Source: an uncultured Candidatus Saccharibacteria bacterium | GTDB lineage: Bacteria; Patescibacteriota; Doudnabacteria; UBA920; 2-01-FULL-46-14 | Assembly (NCBI GenBank): GCA_964565195.1 | Contig: CAZMCQ010000004.1 | Location: 64,133 to 128,132, forward strand | Length of the DNA: 64,000 bases | Reading direction: 5' to 3' | Part shown: one piece after another, positions 9,637 through 18,694 of the stretch | Layout of the letters: each line of letters opens with the position of its first letter | How positions within the stretch are numbered: the first letter of the stretch is position 1 | Made by a program: the position numbers and the translations under genes | Notes under the pieces: generated by a model | Told to the model about the DNA's origin: nothing | What the model saw: the letters and a program-made list of their open reading frames with translations, nothing else | Databases searched by the model: none

Positions 9637-9765
9637 ATGATGGGATATGGAAACTTTGGGCAGATGATGGGCGGTGCGGGGTGGTTTGCGGGCCTCACGT
9701 GGCTCGTGGTGCTTATCGACCTCGTGCTGCTTGGCATCTGGCTCTGGAAGCAAATCCAAAAATAA
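9637..9765 (+). CDS. 42-aa Gly-rich hydrophobic peptide MMGYGNFGQMMGG|AGWFAGLTWLVVLIDLVLLGIWLWKQIQK
   Basis: ATG lies 10 nt after the stop of the C39-like gene. There is no SD. It has a double-glycine, then a TM helix, then a KQIQK tail. Below the ORF-track size cutoff. Confidence 0.3.
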   Translation: MMGYGNFGQMMGGAGWFAGLTWLVVLIDLVLLGIWLWKQIQK

Positions 9766-9787
9766 ATTGAGAAAAAATAAATTGAGA
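9761..9787 (+). repeat. 12-bp direct repeat AATAAATTGAGA x2 immediately upstream of the rplC promoter -35
   Basis: Seen directly in the sequence. Confidence 0.5.
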
Positions 9788-9788
9788 T

Positions 9789-9817
9789 TTGACACCCTCC
9801 CCGGGTTGTATTAGAAT
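9789..9817 (+). promoter_or_regulatory. promoter TTGACA-17nt-TAGAAT for rplC and the downstream S10/spc genes
   Basis: -35 at 9789-9794 and -10 at 9812-9817. Confidence 0.55.
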
Positions 9818-9853
9818 TAATCAGGAATTAATTAAATTGTCCTTCGGGACATG

Positions 9854-9919
9854 ATCCGCCGAATCGGCGGATATCGCCGAAGATTCGACTGTATAGCCAG
9901 CGGATCTTGCTGGTTTTTT
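9854..9919 (+). promoter_or_regulatory. structured S10-operon leader: perfect palindrome ATCCGCCG-aat-CGGCGGAT, then hairpin GCCAGC-ggatctt-GCTGG + T6 abutting the rplC start. Attenuator-like.
   Basis: Seen in the sequence. Position analogous to the L4-responsive S10 leader in E. coli. Confidence 0.4.
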
Positions 9920-9926
9920 GTTCAAA

Positions 9927-10544
9927 ATGGCGTTTATATTAGCCAAAAAAGTGAATATGACCCAGGTTTTTACAGACAAAGGAAAAGTCGTTCCCGTGAC
10001 TGTTTTGGCGGCCGGATCAATCAAGGTAAGCGCGGTGAAGACGGCCGAGAAAGACGGCTATAGCGCTGTGCAGGTGAGCTTTGGGAAGAAAAAGCGCGAG
10101 TTTCGCGTGGCTGGCGAGTTTCAGGCCGGGCAGGAGATAAAAGTCTCGGAATTCGCCCCTGGCGAGGTCATTAAAATTTCCGGAGTTTCCAAAGGCCGCG
10201 GCTTTGCGGGCGCGGTGAAGCGGCACGGCTTTCATGGCGCGCCGGCCTCGCACGGACACGATCACCCGCGCGCCGTGGGTTCCATTGGGCACCGCTTCCC
10301 GCAGCACGTGCGGCCCGGCAAGCGCATGGCCGGGCACATGGGCGGGACAGCAGCGACGGTAAAAAATTCCATGATCGTGGCTGTTGATCCGGAGCGCAAC
10401 TTGCTGTTCGTCAAAGGCGGCGTGCCGGGCGCGCCCAACTCGCTGGTCAAGGTGATCACAACCGGGCAGAAAAAAGCTTCGGCCAAGCTGGCAGACTTTG
10501 GCCAAAGCGATGCAAAAAAGGAAAAAACAGATGTCCCAAGTTAA
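9927..10544 (+). CDS. rplC: 50S ribosomal protein L3
   Basis: MAFILAKKVNMTQVFTDKGKVVPVTVL... The TTG at 9918 is an alternative start. Confidence 0.9.
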   Translation: MAFILAKKVNMTQVFTDKGKVVPVTVLAAGSIKVSAVKTAEKDGYSAVQVSFGKKKREFRVAGEFQAGQEIKVSEFAPGEVIKISGVSKGRGFAGAVKRHGFHGAPASHGHDHPRAVGSIGHRFPQHVRPGKRMAGHMGGTAATVKNSMIVAVDPERNLLFVKGGVPGAPNSLVKVITTGQKKASAKLADFGQSDAKKEKTDVPS

Positions 10545-11193
10545 ACTTTATAATTCGGCAGGTGAAGCTATGTCTGAGATAGAGTTAAATCCAAAAATTT
10601 TTGCCGTTGAAAAAGTAAAACCCGAAGTCATTCATCAAGTTGTAGTTGCTAAATTGGCCAACAGGCGCCGCCCGATCGCCTCGACCAAGACGCGCGGGCA
10701 GGTGCGCGGCGGCGGCAAGAAGCCCTGGAAGCAAAAGGGCACGGGCAACGCGCGGGCCGGCTCCATCCGCTCGCCGCTCTGGCGCGGCGGCGGCATTACC
10801 TTTGGCCCGACGAGCGCGCGAAATTTTTCCAAGAAGCTTAACAAAGCCATGATCAAGAGCGCGCTTTTGGCCGCACTCACTGATAAAGCGCAGGGCAACA
10901 AAATTTTTGTCATGGAAGGCCTGGCTCTGCCGAGCGGCAAGACAAAAGAGCTGGCCAGTAAATTGGCCGATCTAGCCAGGAAATTTTCGAGCCCCGGCCG
11001 TACTTTGATCGTCACCGGCCAGCGCGACGAGAAGCTGGAACTCGCCTCGCGAAACCTGCCGGATGCCAAAGTTTGCCTGGCCAGCGGTTTGGATATTTTG
11101 GATATCGTGAACGCCGCCAAGGTTGTTATGACCAAAGACGCGCTACCGGTTTTGGAAAAGGCATACTTAAGAACGCAAGAACCGAAGAACTAA
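10531..11193 (+). CDS. rplD: 50S ribosomal protein L4
   Basis: MSQVKLYNSAGEAMSEIELNPKIF... with AAGGA upstream. The C-terminus ...LRTQEPKN is encoded by AAGAAC repeats. Confidence 0.88.
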   Translation: MSQVKLYNSAGEAMSEIELNPKIFAVEKVKPEVIHQVVVAKLANRRRPIASTKTRGQVRGGGKKPWKQKGTGNARAGSIRSPLWRGGGITFGPTSARNFSKKLNKAMIKSALLAALTDKAQGNKIFVMEGLALPSGKTKELASKLADLARKFSSPGRTLIVTGQRDEKLELASRNLPDAKVCLASGLDILDIVNAAKVVMTKDALPVLEKAYLRTQEPKN

Positions 11194-11198
11194 AGAAC
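11169..11198 (+). repeat. 8-nt periodic tandem repeat (nnAAGAAC)x4 spanning the rplD stop and ending at the rplW ATG
   Basis: TTAAGAAC GCAAGAAC CGAAGAAC TAAAGAAC ATG. Confidence 0.65.
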
Positions 11199-11600
11199 AT
11201 GGGAATTTTTGGTAAGAAAACTAAGCCAGAAGAAACGAAGACAGCGGAAGAGATTAAGCCAGAGGTGAGTCGGTCCGCCTCCGCTTCCACCAAGGCGGAC
11301 AAGAAAGCCAGGACGGGTAAACAGGTTTTGGTGCGGCCGCTTTTGTCGGAAAAAGCCACGCGTCTGGCCGCAGCCGGCCAGTATGTCTTTGCGGTGATGC
11401 GCGGCTCGAACAAACCCGAGATCAAAAAAGACATTGAGCGGCTTTATAGCGTGCATGTGGAAAGTGTCAACATCGTTAACATGCCCGGAAAGAAGCGGCG
11501 TTATGGCAAAAGCCAAGGCAAAACTTCCGAGTGGCGGAAGGCCGTGATCAAAGTCCGCGCGGGCGAGAAGATCCCGGGCATCCTGGAATCGGTTGGATAA
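11199..11600 (+). CDS. rplW: 50S ribosomal protein L23 (with a roughly 40-aa N-terminal Lys/Glu-rich extension)
   Basis: ...VLVRPLLSEKATRLAAAGQYVFAVMRGSNKPEIKKDIERLYSVHVESVNIV... Confidence 0.8.
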   Translation: MGIFGKKTKPEETKTAEEIKPEVSRSASASTKADKKARTGKQVLVRPLLSEKATRLAAAGQYVFAVMRGSNKPEIKKDIERLYSVHVESVNIVNMPGKKRRYGKSQGKTSEWRKAVIKVRAGEKIPGILESVG

Positions 11601-11603
11601 AAT

Positions 11604-12440
11604 ATGCCTATAAAAGTTTACAAACCTACAACGAGTGGACGGCGGAAAATGTCGGTGGTGGATTATGCCGGCGTGGCCCGTAAGCCCAAAGGCCCGCGGG
11701 CGCTGTTTTTGCGTAAGGCCAAGAGCGGCGGCCGTAATGTGCATGGCCGCATCACGGTCCGGCACATTGGCGGCGGAGCCAGGAAAAAACTCCGCCTTAT
11801 TGATAGCAAGCGCGAAAAATATGACATTCCCGCGCGCGTGGAATCTATTGAGTATGACCCAAATCGCACGGCGTTTCTGGCGCTACTTTCCTACCGTGAC
11901 GGCGAGAAGCGCTACATTTTGGCGCCGCAAGGCATAGCTGTGGGACAGACCGTTGTCAGTTCGCGGGGCAAAACGGAGATTGCGGCCGGCAACCGCATGC
12001 CCCTGCAGTATCTCCCGGCAGGGACCCTGGTGCACGACATTGAACTTGCCCCGGGCAGAGGTGGCCAGATTGTCAAAAGCGCCGGCGCCGCGGCGAGCGT
12101 TATGGCCGCTGATGGAGACTTTGCGATTTTGAATCTGTCCTCTTGCGAGTTGCGGCGCGTTTTTACAAAAAGTATGGCGACCGTCGGTCAGATTTCCAAC
12201 GTGGATCACTGGAGTGAGCGCATCGGCAAGGCCGGCCGGATGCGTCTTCGGGGCGTTCGTCCGACCGTGCGCGGCAAGGTGATGAACCCCGTGGATCACC
12301 CGCACGGCGGTGGCGAAGGCCGGAACCCGATTGGTTTGAAATACCCGAAAACGCCGTGGGGCAAGCACGCGCTCGGCGTTAAAACGCGCCGCAAGCACAA
12401 AGCGTCCGATAAATTTATTATGCAGAGAAGGAAGAAATAA
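11604..12440 (+). CDS. rplB: 50S ribosomal protein L2
   Basis: Canonical L2 sequence, including ...[13 protein letters not shown]... Confidence 0.95.
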   Translation: MPIKVYKPTTSGRRKMSVVDYAGVARKPKGPRALFLRKAKSGGRNVHGRITVRHIGGGARKKLRLIDSKREKYDIPARVESIEYDPNRTAFLALLSYRDGEKRYILAPQGIAVGQTVVSSRGKTEIAAGNRMPLQYLPAGTLVHDIELAPGRGGQIVKSAGAAASVMAADGDFAILNLSSCELRRVFTKSMATVGQISNVDHWSERIGKAGRMRLRGVRPTVRGKVMNPVDHPHGGGEGRNPIGLKYPKTPWGKHALGVKTRRKHKASDKFIMQRRKK

Positions 12441-12441
12441 T

Positions 12442-12786
12442 ATGGGAAGATCGCTCAAAAAAGGTCCGTTCATTGACGCGAACCTGCTCAAAAAATTGCA
12501 AAACCGCAAGGCCGGCGCGAAGGATGTCATCAAGACGTGGTCGCGCGACTCGAGCATCACGCCGGAAATGGTCGGCGTGACCTTCGGCGTGCATAACGGC
12601 AAGAATTTTGCGGAAGTGTTTGTGACCGAGGATATGGTGGGCCACAAGCTTGGCGAGTTCTCCTTGACGCGGAAATTCACCCGCCACGGCGGCCGCATGG
12701 CCCGTGAGGAAGCCGCAGCTGCGGCCGAGGTGGAAAAGGCCAAGACCGCCGCGGCGCAAGTCGCCGGTACGGAAGGAAAGAAATAA
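12442..12786 (+). CDS. rpsS: 30S ribosomal protein S19 (C-terminal Ala/Glu-rich extension)
   Basis: [18 protein letters not shown]...HNGKNF... Confidence 0.9.
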   Translation: MGRSLKKGPFIDANLLKKLQNRKAGAKDVIKTWSRDSSITPEMVGVTFGVHNGKNFAEVFVTEDMVGHKLGEFSLTRKFTRHGGRMAREEAAAAAEVEKAKTAAAQVAGTEGKK

Positions 12787-12787
12787 T

Positions 12788-13354
12788 ATGGCAGACGAGA
12801 AGCAAAAAGAAATCGCCGAGGTCAGGGCCTCCGCCCGGCGGGTGCATATCTCTCCGCGGAAAGCGCGTCTGGTCGCGAACCTGCTCAAAACATTGCCGGT
12901 GGAGCAGGCGCTTTTGGAGCTGCAGTTCCGCGCCTCCCGGGCGACAGTGCCGATCCGGAAACTGGTGACTGCGGCGATTGCCAACGCCGCGCATAATTTT
13001 CAGATTGAGGCCGACCGGCTGTACGTCAAAAATATTACGGTGGACGGCGCCGAAGTCATGATGCGGTATAAACCGGGCGCGCAGGGCCGTGCGGTTGCGG
13101 TGCGGAAACGCCCGAGCCAGACCAACCTGATTGTGGGCGTGCGACCGGGCCTGCCCCAAAAAAAGGCAGCTCCGACCAAAGTCGAAGCAGAGGCAGAGGT
13201 CGGGAAAGAGACCAAGCCCGCGGTAGAGGTAAAGGCAGCGGTGTCAAAGCCAGAACAACCAAAGAGGAGATGGGGCTTCCTGCGCCGCAGACCTCGGCAG
13301 GAATTTACCAAAGGGAAAAAATACACGGGCTTTGACCGCCGCTCGGGGAGTTAG
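12788..13354 (+). CDS. rplV: 50S ribosomal protein L22 (roughly 70-aa C-terminal basic extension)
   Basis: MADEKQKEIAEVRASARRVHISPRKARLVANLLK... Confidence 0.88.
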   Translation: MADEKQKEIAEVRASARRVHISPRKARLVANLLKTLPVEQALLELQFRASRATVPIRKLVTAAIANAAHNFQIEADRLYVKNITVDGAEVMMRYKPGAQGRAVAVRKRPSQTNLIVGVRPGLPQKKAAPTKVEAEAEVGKETKPAVEVKAAVSKPEQPKRRWGFLRRRPRQEFTKGKKYTGFDRRSGS

Positions 13355-13396
13355 AGTACGAACCACGAACATGTACGAATCTACGAATACGAATAA
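13355..13396 (+). repeat. TACGAAC tandem repeat element, copy 2
   Basis: GTACGAAC-CACGAAC-ATG-TACGAATCTACGAA-TACGAA immediately after the rplV stop. Confidence 0.7.
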
Positions 13397-13551
13397 CATG
13401 ATATATTGCAAAGAAACTATTAAGTTCGCAAAAATTGGAGCGGAGCTCGAAGAGCGAGCACGATTTTTGCGAAGAAGGAGTAATCAGTGTGACGGAGCGG
13501 CCCGGATCCGCCTGGGGCGGAGAGGGGACGCGAAGACACACCAATTACGAC

Positions 13552-14226
13552 GTGGGGCATAAAGTTGATCCAAGAAGTTTGAGACTCAAGATTACCGACA
13601 CGTGGAAGTCGCGGTGGTTTGCCCGCGGCCGGAAATTTTCTCAAGGCCTGCGGGAAGACAGCGTTATCCGCGACCTGGTTTGGCAGAAGTATCGAAAAGC
13701 CGGGGTGATCCGGATTGACATCGAACGCACGGGCCAGGAGATCAATGTCATCATCCATTCCACTCGTCCGGGAATGATTATCGGCAAAGGCGGCGGCGGC
13801 GTGGAGGAGCTGAAAAAGGAATTGAAAGCCAGACTTCGCCTGAAGACTGACCTCAAGATCACGATAGAAGAATCGCGTCAGGTCAATCTTGAGGCGCAGG
13901 TTTGGGCGCAGACCCTGGCCGAGCAGATGGAAAAACGGGCGAGCTTTCGCCGCGCGATCAAAACCGCGCTGGAGCAGATTATGGATGCCGGCGCGCTCGG
14001 GGCGAAGATTGCGATCTCGGGGCGCCTGGGCGGGGCGGAAATTGCTCGCACCGAGTGGCTCTACCGCGGCAAACTGCCGTTGCACACGCTGCGGGCGAAC
14101 ATTGATTTTGCCCGCGCGACGGCCTATACGACTTATGGCACCATCGGCGTAAAAGTTTGGATCAATAAAGGCGAGGTATTCGGAAAAACGGAAGAACCAA
14201 AGAACTTAAGAACGAAAGAACGCTGA
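13552..14226 (+). CDS. rpsC: 30S ribosomal protein S3
   Basis: The S3 body begins (V)[23 protein letters not shown]..., with GTG at 13552 as the probable start. The ORF-track ATG at 13435 would add 39 non-S3-like residues. The tail ...[11 protein letters not shown] is encoded by AAGAAC repeats. Confidence 0.8.
   Translation: MGHKVDPRSLRLKITDTWKSRWFARGRKFSQGLREDSVIRDLVWQKYRKAGVIRIDIERTGQEINVIIHSTRPGMIIGKGGGGVEELKKELKARLRLKTDLKITIEESRQVNLEAQVWAQTLAEQMEKRASFRRAIKTALEQIMDAGALGAKIAISGRLGGAEIARTEWLYRGKLPLHTLRANIDFARATAYTTYGTIGVKVWINKGEVFGKTEEPKNLRTKER
14192..14221 (+). repeat. 8-nt periodic tandem repeat (nnAAGAAC)x4 at the 3' end of rpsC
   Basis: GAAGAACC AAAGAACT TAAGAACG AAAGAACG. Paralogous to 11169-11198. 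Confidence 0.65.
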
Positions 14227-14231
14227 TTTTT

Positions 14232-14648
14232 ATGTTGATTCCAAAAAAGCTCAAGCACAAAAAGCACCATCGCGGCAAAGGCGGGGGCAAGGCCACGGCC
14301 GGTAATTATTTGAGTTTTGGCAACTTTGGCCTGCGCGCGCTATCCAATGGCTGGGTGACCAGCCGTCAGATTGAGGCCGCGCGGCGGGCCATGACGCGCT
14401 ACGTCCAGCGCGGCGGCAAAATCTGGATCCGGGTGTTTCCGGACAAACCAGTAACAGCCAAAGGCAACGAAATTCCGATGGGCGGCGGCAAAGGATCGGT
14501 GGATCATTTTGTGGCCGTGGTCAGAAAAGGCCGGATGCTTTTTGAGATGGATGGCGTGGCTCCCGATCAGGCGCGCGAGGCGATGCGTCTGGCTTCCCGC
14601 AAACTCCCGGTCAAAACCCGTTTTGAGGAGCGGGAGCAACAGCTATGA
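14232..14648 (+). CDS. rplP: 50S ribosomal protein L16
   Basis: [16 protein letters not shown]... Confidence 0.95.
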   Translation: MLIPKKLKHKKHHRGKGGGKATAGNYLSFGNFGLRALSNGWVTSRQIEAARRAMTRYVQRGGKIWIRVFPDKPVTAKGNEIPMGGGKGSVDHFVAVVRKGRMLFEMDGVAPDQAREAMRLASRKLPVKTRFEEREQQL

Positions 14649-14839
14649 AATCTTCGGAAATCCGGAAAAAATCCAAGGCGGATTTGGAGAGGCAGCTTTT
14701 GGACCTGCGCGAGCAAGCTCGTGATTTGCGTTTCAAAATCGGCAGTCGCGAGATAAAGAACCATCAACTTCTGCGGAAGACCAGAAAGGACATCGCCCGC
14801 ATTTTGACAATTCTTAAGGAAGGGGAGAAACAGTCATGA
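14645..14839 (+). CDS. rpmC: 50S ribosomal protein L29
   Basis: [24 protein letters not shown]... with ATGA overlap with rplP. Confidence 0.85.
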   Translation: MKSSEIRKKSKADLERQLLDLREQARDLRFKIGSREIKNHQLLRKTRKDIARILTILKEGEKQS

Positions 14840-15066
14840 TGGCAAGCAGAAAAACTTTGTCCGGCATCGTGATTCGGATGAGTAGAAACAAGACGGCCGT
14901 TGTCAAGGTGAATTTGGAGAAACGTCATCCGCAATATCACAAAAAATATACCGTGGCGAAAAAATACAAGGTTCATGATGAAAATAACACCGCCCAGGTC
15001 GGGGACAAGGTCAGGATTGAGGAAACCCGTCCGCGCTCGCGAGAAAAACACTGGAGAATTGTATGA
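14836..15066 (+). CDS. rpsQ: 30S ribosomal protein S17
   Basis: ...[19 protein letters not shown]... Confidence 0.9.
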   Translation: MMASRKTLSGIVIRMSRNKTAVVKVNLEKRHPQYHKKYTVAKKYKVHDENNTAQVGDKVRIEETRPRSREKHWRIV

Positions 15067-15434
15067 TTCATCTACGCACCCGCTTAAAAGTCGCTGACAA
15101 TACTGGCGCGAAAGAGATCGCCGTGTTTTCGGTGTCCGGCAAAAACCGTCGCAGACACGTCCGGCTTGGCGATATCGTGGCCGCTTCGGTGAAGACGGCT
15201 GCTCCGACTGGCCAGGTGAAGAAGGGCGACAAGATTTATGCGGTGATCGTTCGGACGCGCAAAGAAACCCGGCGGCCGGACGGTTCCTATATCCGTTTTG
15301 ACGAGAACGCCGCGGTGTTGATTAACAAAGAGACCGGGGAGCCCCGGGGTACGCGCATTTTCGGACCCATTCCGAGGGAACTGCGCGACCGCGGGTTTCC
15401 TAAGATTATTAGTCTTGCGCCGGAGGTTATCTAG
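15063..15434 (+). CDS. rplN: 50S ribosomal protein L14
   Basis: [19 protein letters not shown]... Confidence 0.95.
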   Translation: MIHLRTRLKVADNTGAKEIAVFSVSGKNRRRHVRLGDIVAASVKTAAPTGQVKKGDKIYAVIVRTRKETRRPDGSYIRFDENAAVLINKETGEPRGTRIFGPIPRELRDRGFPKIISLAPEVI

Positions 15435-15435
15435 C

Positions 15436-15747
15436 ATGCATATTCGCAAAGGTGATACAGTAAAAATTTTAACAGGACGCGATCGCGGGCAAACCGGCAA
15501 GGTTTTGGCTGTGGATCCAGGTACTGGCCGCGCGACGGTGGAGGGCCGCAATCTTTTTTTCCGCCACGAGCGGCCGAAAAAACAGGGCCAGAAGGGACAG
15601 CGCGTGCAGCTGCCGGGGAGAATCTCGCTTGGCAAGCTTATGCTCGTCTGTCCCCATTGTAAAAAGGCCGCGCGCGTGGGTCGCGTCACTGATGATAAAG
15701 GGATAAAAACCCGCATTTGTAAAAATTGTGGAAAAAGCATTGCGTAA
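15436..15747 (+). CDS. rplX: 50S ribosomal protein L24 with a C-terminal CxxC...CxxC zinc-ribbon extension
   Basis: MHIRKGDTVKILTGRDRGQTGKV..., then ...CPHCKKAARVGRVTDDKGIKTRICKNCGKSIA. Confidence 0.88.
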   Translation: MHIRKGDTVKILTGRDRGQTGKVLAVDPGTGRATVEGRNLFFRHERPKKQGQKGQRVQLPGRISLGKLMLVCPHCKKAARVGRVTDDKGIKTRICKNCGKSIA

Positions 15748-15751
15748 ATAT

Positions 15752-16294
15752 ATGGCAAGACTTTTGGAACAATACAAGACGAAGATTAGGCCCGCGCTTC
15801 AGGCCGAGCTCAAGGTAGAAAATATGTTGGCCGTGCCGCGCGTTGAAAAGATCGTCGTGAACGCAGGTATTGGCCGGATTTTGCAAACTTCGCCCAAGGC
15901 CCTCGACACGCTCACCGCGAGTTTCGGCAAGATCACCGGACAAAAACCGGTTGCTCGCAAAGCGGCAAAAGCAATCTCCGCTTTCAAGATAAGGCAGGGG
16001 CAGATCGTCGGCCTGTCCGTGACGCTGCGCGGGAAGCGAATGTATGATTTTTTGGATAAACTTATCAATGTGGCGCTGCCCCGGACCCGCGACTTCCGCG
16101 GCGTGTCGAAGCAAGGTTTTGACGGCCACGGCAACTATTCCCTGGGCCTCAAGGAGCATCTCGTTTTTCCGGAAATGGCGCAGGAAGAATCGGAAGTGAG
16201 CTTCGGACTCCAGGTGAACATCATCACGACGGCAAAAGATGATAATTCTGGATATATCTTATTGAAGAAACTTGGTTTTCCTTTTAAGGACTAG
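15752..16294 (+). CDS. rplE: 50S ribosomal protein L5
   Basis: [37 protein letters not shown]... Confidence 0.9.
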   Translation: MARLLEQYKTKIRPALQAELKVENMLAVPRVEKIVVNAGIGRILQTSPKALDTLTASFGKITGQKPVARKAAKAISAFKIRQGQIVGLSVTLRGKRMYDFLDKLINVALPRTRDFRGVSKQGFDGHGNYSLGLKEHLVFPEMAQEESEVSFGLQVNIITTAKDDNSGYILLKKLGFPFKD

Positions 16295-16295
16295 T

Positions 16296-16481
16296 ATGGC
16301 CAAGAAGAGTCAGATCGCAAAATCTGCCCGAAAACCGAAATACTCGACGCGCGTGGTGCGGCGCTGCTTCCGCTGCGGTCGGAAGCGCGGCTATATGAGG
16401 GATTTTGACCTTTGTCGCATCTGCTTCCGCGAGCTCGCCTCGCGCGGCGAGATCCCGGGAGTAATTAAGGCCAGCTGGTAA
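16296..16481 (+). CDS. rpsZ: 30S ribosomal protein S14 type Z (zinc-binding)
   Basis: [48 protein letters not shown]... Confidence 0.9.
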   Translation: MAKKSQIAKSARKPKYSTRVVRRCFRCGRKRGYMRDFDLCRICFRELASRGEIPGVIKASW

Positions 16482-16482
16482 T

Positions 16483-16887
16483 TTGCATATGCCAATGACT
16501 GATCCAATTTCTGACATGTTAACGCGAATTCGCAACGGACTTCAGGCCAAAAAGCCGGAAGTGGTTTTGCCATATTCGCGTCTGAAGGCGAACCTCGCCA
16601 GACTTTTTGCCGAGCAGGGCTGGCTTCTGCAGGTGGAAGAGGCCGAAAGTGATGACGGGAAATTGTTGCGCCTGGTTTTGAAATATGATGCGGGCGGCGC
16701 GCCCGCCATTTCCGGCATTGTCCGCGTGAGCCGGCCCGGGCAGCGCATCTATGCGGCCTCTACCAATATTCCGCGCGTTTCGCATGGCATTGGGGCGACG
16801 ATAGTCTCGACTTCAAAGGGACTGCTTACCGACAAGGAGGCGCGTTCACAAAAAATCGGCGGCGAAGTAATCTGTCAAGTCTGGTAG
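16483..16887 (+). CDS. rpsH: 30S ribosomal protein S8
   Basis: ...MTDPISDMLTRIRNG... The start is possibly the ATG at 16495. Confidence 0.9.
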   Translation: MHMPMTDPISDMLTRIRNGLQAKKPEVVLPYSRLKANLARLFAEQGWLLQVEEAESDDGKLLRLVLKYDAGGAPAISGIVRVSRPGQRIYAASTNIPRVSHGIGATIVSTSKGLLTDKEARSQKIGGEVICQVW

Positions 16888-16896
16888 TGTACGAAC

Positions 16897-17445
16897 ATGA
16901 GTAAGATTGGAAAGAAACAGATCAATATACCGTTAGGCGTTGAGATTTCAGTCAACGGCCTGCTCGTGCAAATCAAGGGGCCGAAAGGGGAGCTGCAAGT
17001 TCGGCTGCATCCGAAAGTTTCCGTATCCGTCGCGGATGGCGCGGCGAGCGTGGCCGTGAAAAACCCGGAAGACAAACGGCAGAGGGCGCTTTGGGGGACA
17101 TTCCGGTCCCTGCTTTCCGGCGCGGTCGCCGGGGTTACCGAGGGCTTTACGAAGCGCCTGGCGATTCAGGGCGTCGGCTACAAGGCCGCGCTTGCCGGCG
17201 ATAAACTCACTTTGCACTTGGGCTACTCGCACCCGATCGAGCTTGTCATTCCGAAAGGACTGGCCGTGACAATTGAAAAAAATATTATTGTGATTACAGG
17301 CATTGACAAACAAATGGTCGGGCAGTTTGCCGCAGTGGTCAGAAGTCGCCGGCCGCCGGAGCCATACAAAGGGAAGGGTGTCCGCTACGAGGATGAAGTG
17401 GTGCGCCGCAAGGCCGGCAAGGTGGTTAAGGCGGTCGGCGGATAA
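16897..17445 (+). CDS. rplF: 50S ribosomal protein L6
   Basis: [21 protein letters not shown]... preceded by GGTAGTGTACGAAC. Confidence 0.9.
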   Translation: MSKIGKKQINIPLGVEISVNGLLVQIKGPKGELQVRLHPKVSVSVADGAASVAVKNPEDKRQRALWGTFRSLLSGAVAGVTEGFTKRLAIQGVGYKAALAGDKLTLHLGYSHPIELVIPKGLAVTIEKNIIVITGIDKQMVGQFAAVVRSRRPPEPYKGKGVRYEDEVVRRKAGKVVKAVGG

Positions 17446-17447
17446 TT

Positions 17448-17792
17448 ATGTCTAATAAAAGAGAAAAAAGAATAATGCGACACAAGCGGGTCAGGGCGAA
17501 GCTTTCCGGCACTGCCGAGCGGCCGCGGCTGGCGGCGTTTGCGAGCGGGAAGCACATGCATTTGCAGCTCATAGACGATGTGACTGGAAAAACTCTGGCC
17601 GCCGCTTCTACTTTGGAGGTTAAAGAGAAACTTGGCAAAACGACCAAAGCTGCCGTCGCCGCAAAGCTTCTTGCCGGTAAAGCAGCCAAACTCGGCATCA
17701 AAACCGCCGTTTTTGACCGAGGCGGTTTCCTCTACCATGGCCGCATCAAGGCGGTGGCTGACGCGTTGCGTGAAGCCGGGCTTAAAGTTTAA
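17448..17792 (+). CDS. rplR: 50S ribosomal protein L18
   Basis: ...[34 protein letters not shown]... Confidence 0.85.
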   Translation: MSNKREKRIMRHKRVRAKLSGTAERPRLAAFASGKHMHLQLIDDVTGKTLAAASTLEVKEKLGKTTKAAVAAKLLAGKAAKLGIKTAVFDRGGFLYHGRIKAVADALREAGLKV

Positions 17793-17808
17793 TCGTAAAG
17801 GGATTTCT

Positions 17809-18255
17809 ATGCGCGAAGTTATTAAAAAGGATTTACAAACCAAGGTCGTCGAAATTAAGCGCGTGACCCGCGTGGTGGCCGGCGGCAAGCGCATGCGGTT
17901 TCGCGCGCTCGTCGTGGCCGGCGACCGCAAGGGGCGGGTGGGCGTGGGGCTGAAGAAAGGCGCAGACGTGGCCGAGGCCGTGAACAAAGCCACCAATGAG
18001 GCGAAGAAAAACTTGATTACCGTGGCCATCAGCAATGAGACCATTCCGCACGCAGTGAAACTCAAATATAAAGCGGCGTTGATTTTGCTGAAGCCCGCCC
18101 CCTTGGGCAGCGGGATCATTGCCGGCGGGCCCGTGCGCGCGGTCATTGATCTCGCGGGCATCAAAAACATTTCCAGCAAGATGCTGGGCTCGAATAATAA
18201 GGTGAGCAATGTGCGCGCCACTTATGAAGCGCTGAAAAAACTTAAACATGCTTAA
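17809..18255 (+). CDS. rpsE: 30S ribosomal protein S5
   Basis: [39 protein letters not shown]... Confidence 0.9.
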   Translation: MREVIKKDLQTKVVEIKRVTRVVAGGKRMRFRALVVAGDRKGRVGVGLKKGADVAEAVNKATNEAKKNLITVAISNETIPHAVKLKYKAALILLKPAPLGSGIIAGGPVRAVIDLAGIKNISSKMLGSNNKVSNVRATYEALKKLKHA

Positions 18256-18694
18256 TTTATCCAATCTCAAACCGAAAATGAAACGCCGCGGTCGCAAGCG
18301 CGTCGGGCGCGGGACCGGTTCAGGACACGGCGCATATTCCGGGCGCGGCATCAAAGGTCAGAAAGCCAGATCCGGCGGCAGCATTCGCCCGGGCTTCGAA
18401 GGCGGCCGGATGCCGATCATCCGCCAGATTCCCAAAAGCCGCGGTTTTCGCTCCATTCACCCGAAGGCGCAAGCCGTAAATCTCGTGGACATTTCCAATA
18501 AATTCAGCGAGAATGATACTGTGAATCCGCAGCGCCTGCGTGAGGCGGGCCTGATTCGCGCAGTGGCGTTGCCGATAAAAATTCTTGGGACGGAACTGAC
18601 AAAGAAACTAAACTTTCAAGGCGTGGCATTTTCCGTCAAGGCCCGCGCCGCTGTGGCTAAAGCCGGCGGTCGGATATTGGAAACCAATGTTTAA
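18248..18694 (+). CDS. rplO: 50S ribosomal protein L15. It follows S5 directly, so there is no L30 gene.
   Basis: [28 protein letters not shown]... Confidence 0.9.
   Translation: MLNLSNLKPKMKRRGRKRVGRGTGSGHGAYSGRGIKGQKARSGGSIRPGFEGGRMPIIRQIPKSRGFRSIHPKAQAVNLVDISNKFSENDTVNPQRLREAGLIRAVALPIKILGTELTKKLNFQGVAFSVKARAAVAKAGGRILETNV

Noticed and set aside
9851-10063. 70-aa ORF in the rplC leader
   Set aside because: It overlaps the rplC start and the leader hairpins. It is out of frame with L3 and has no RBS.
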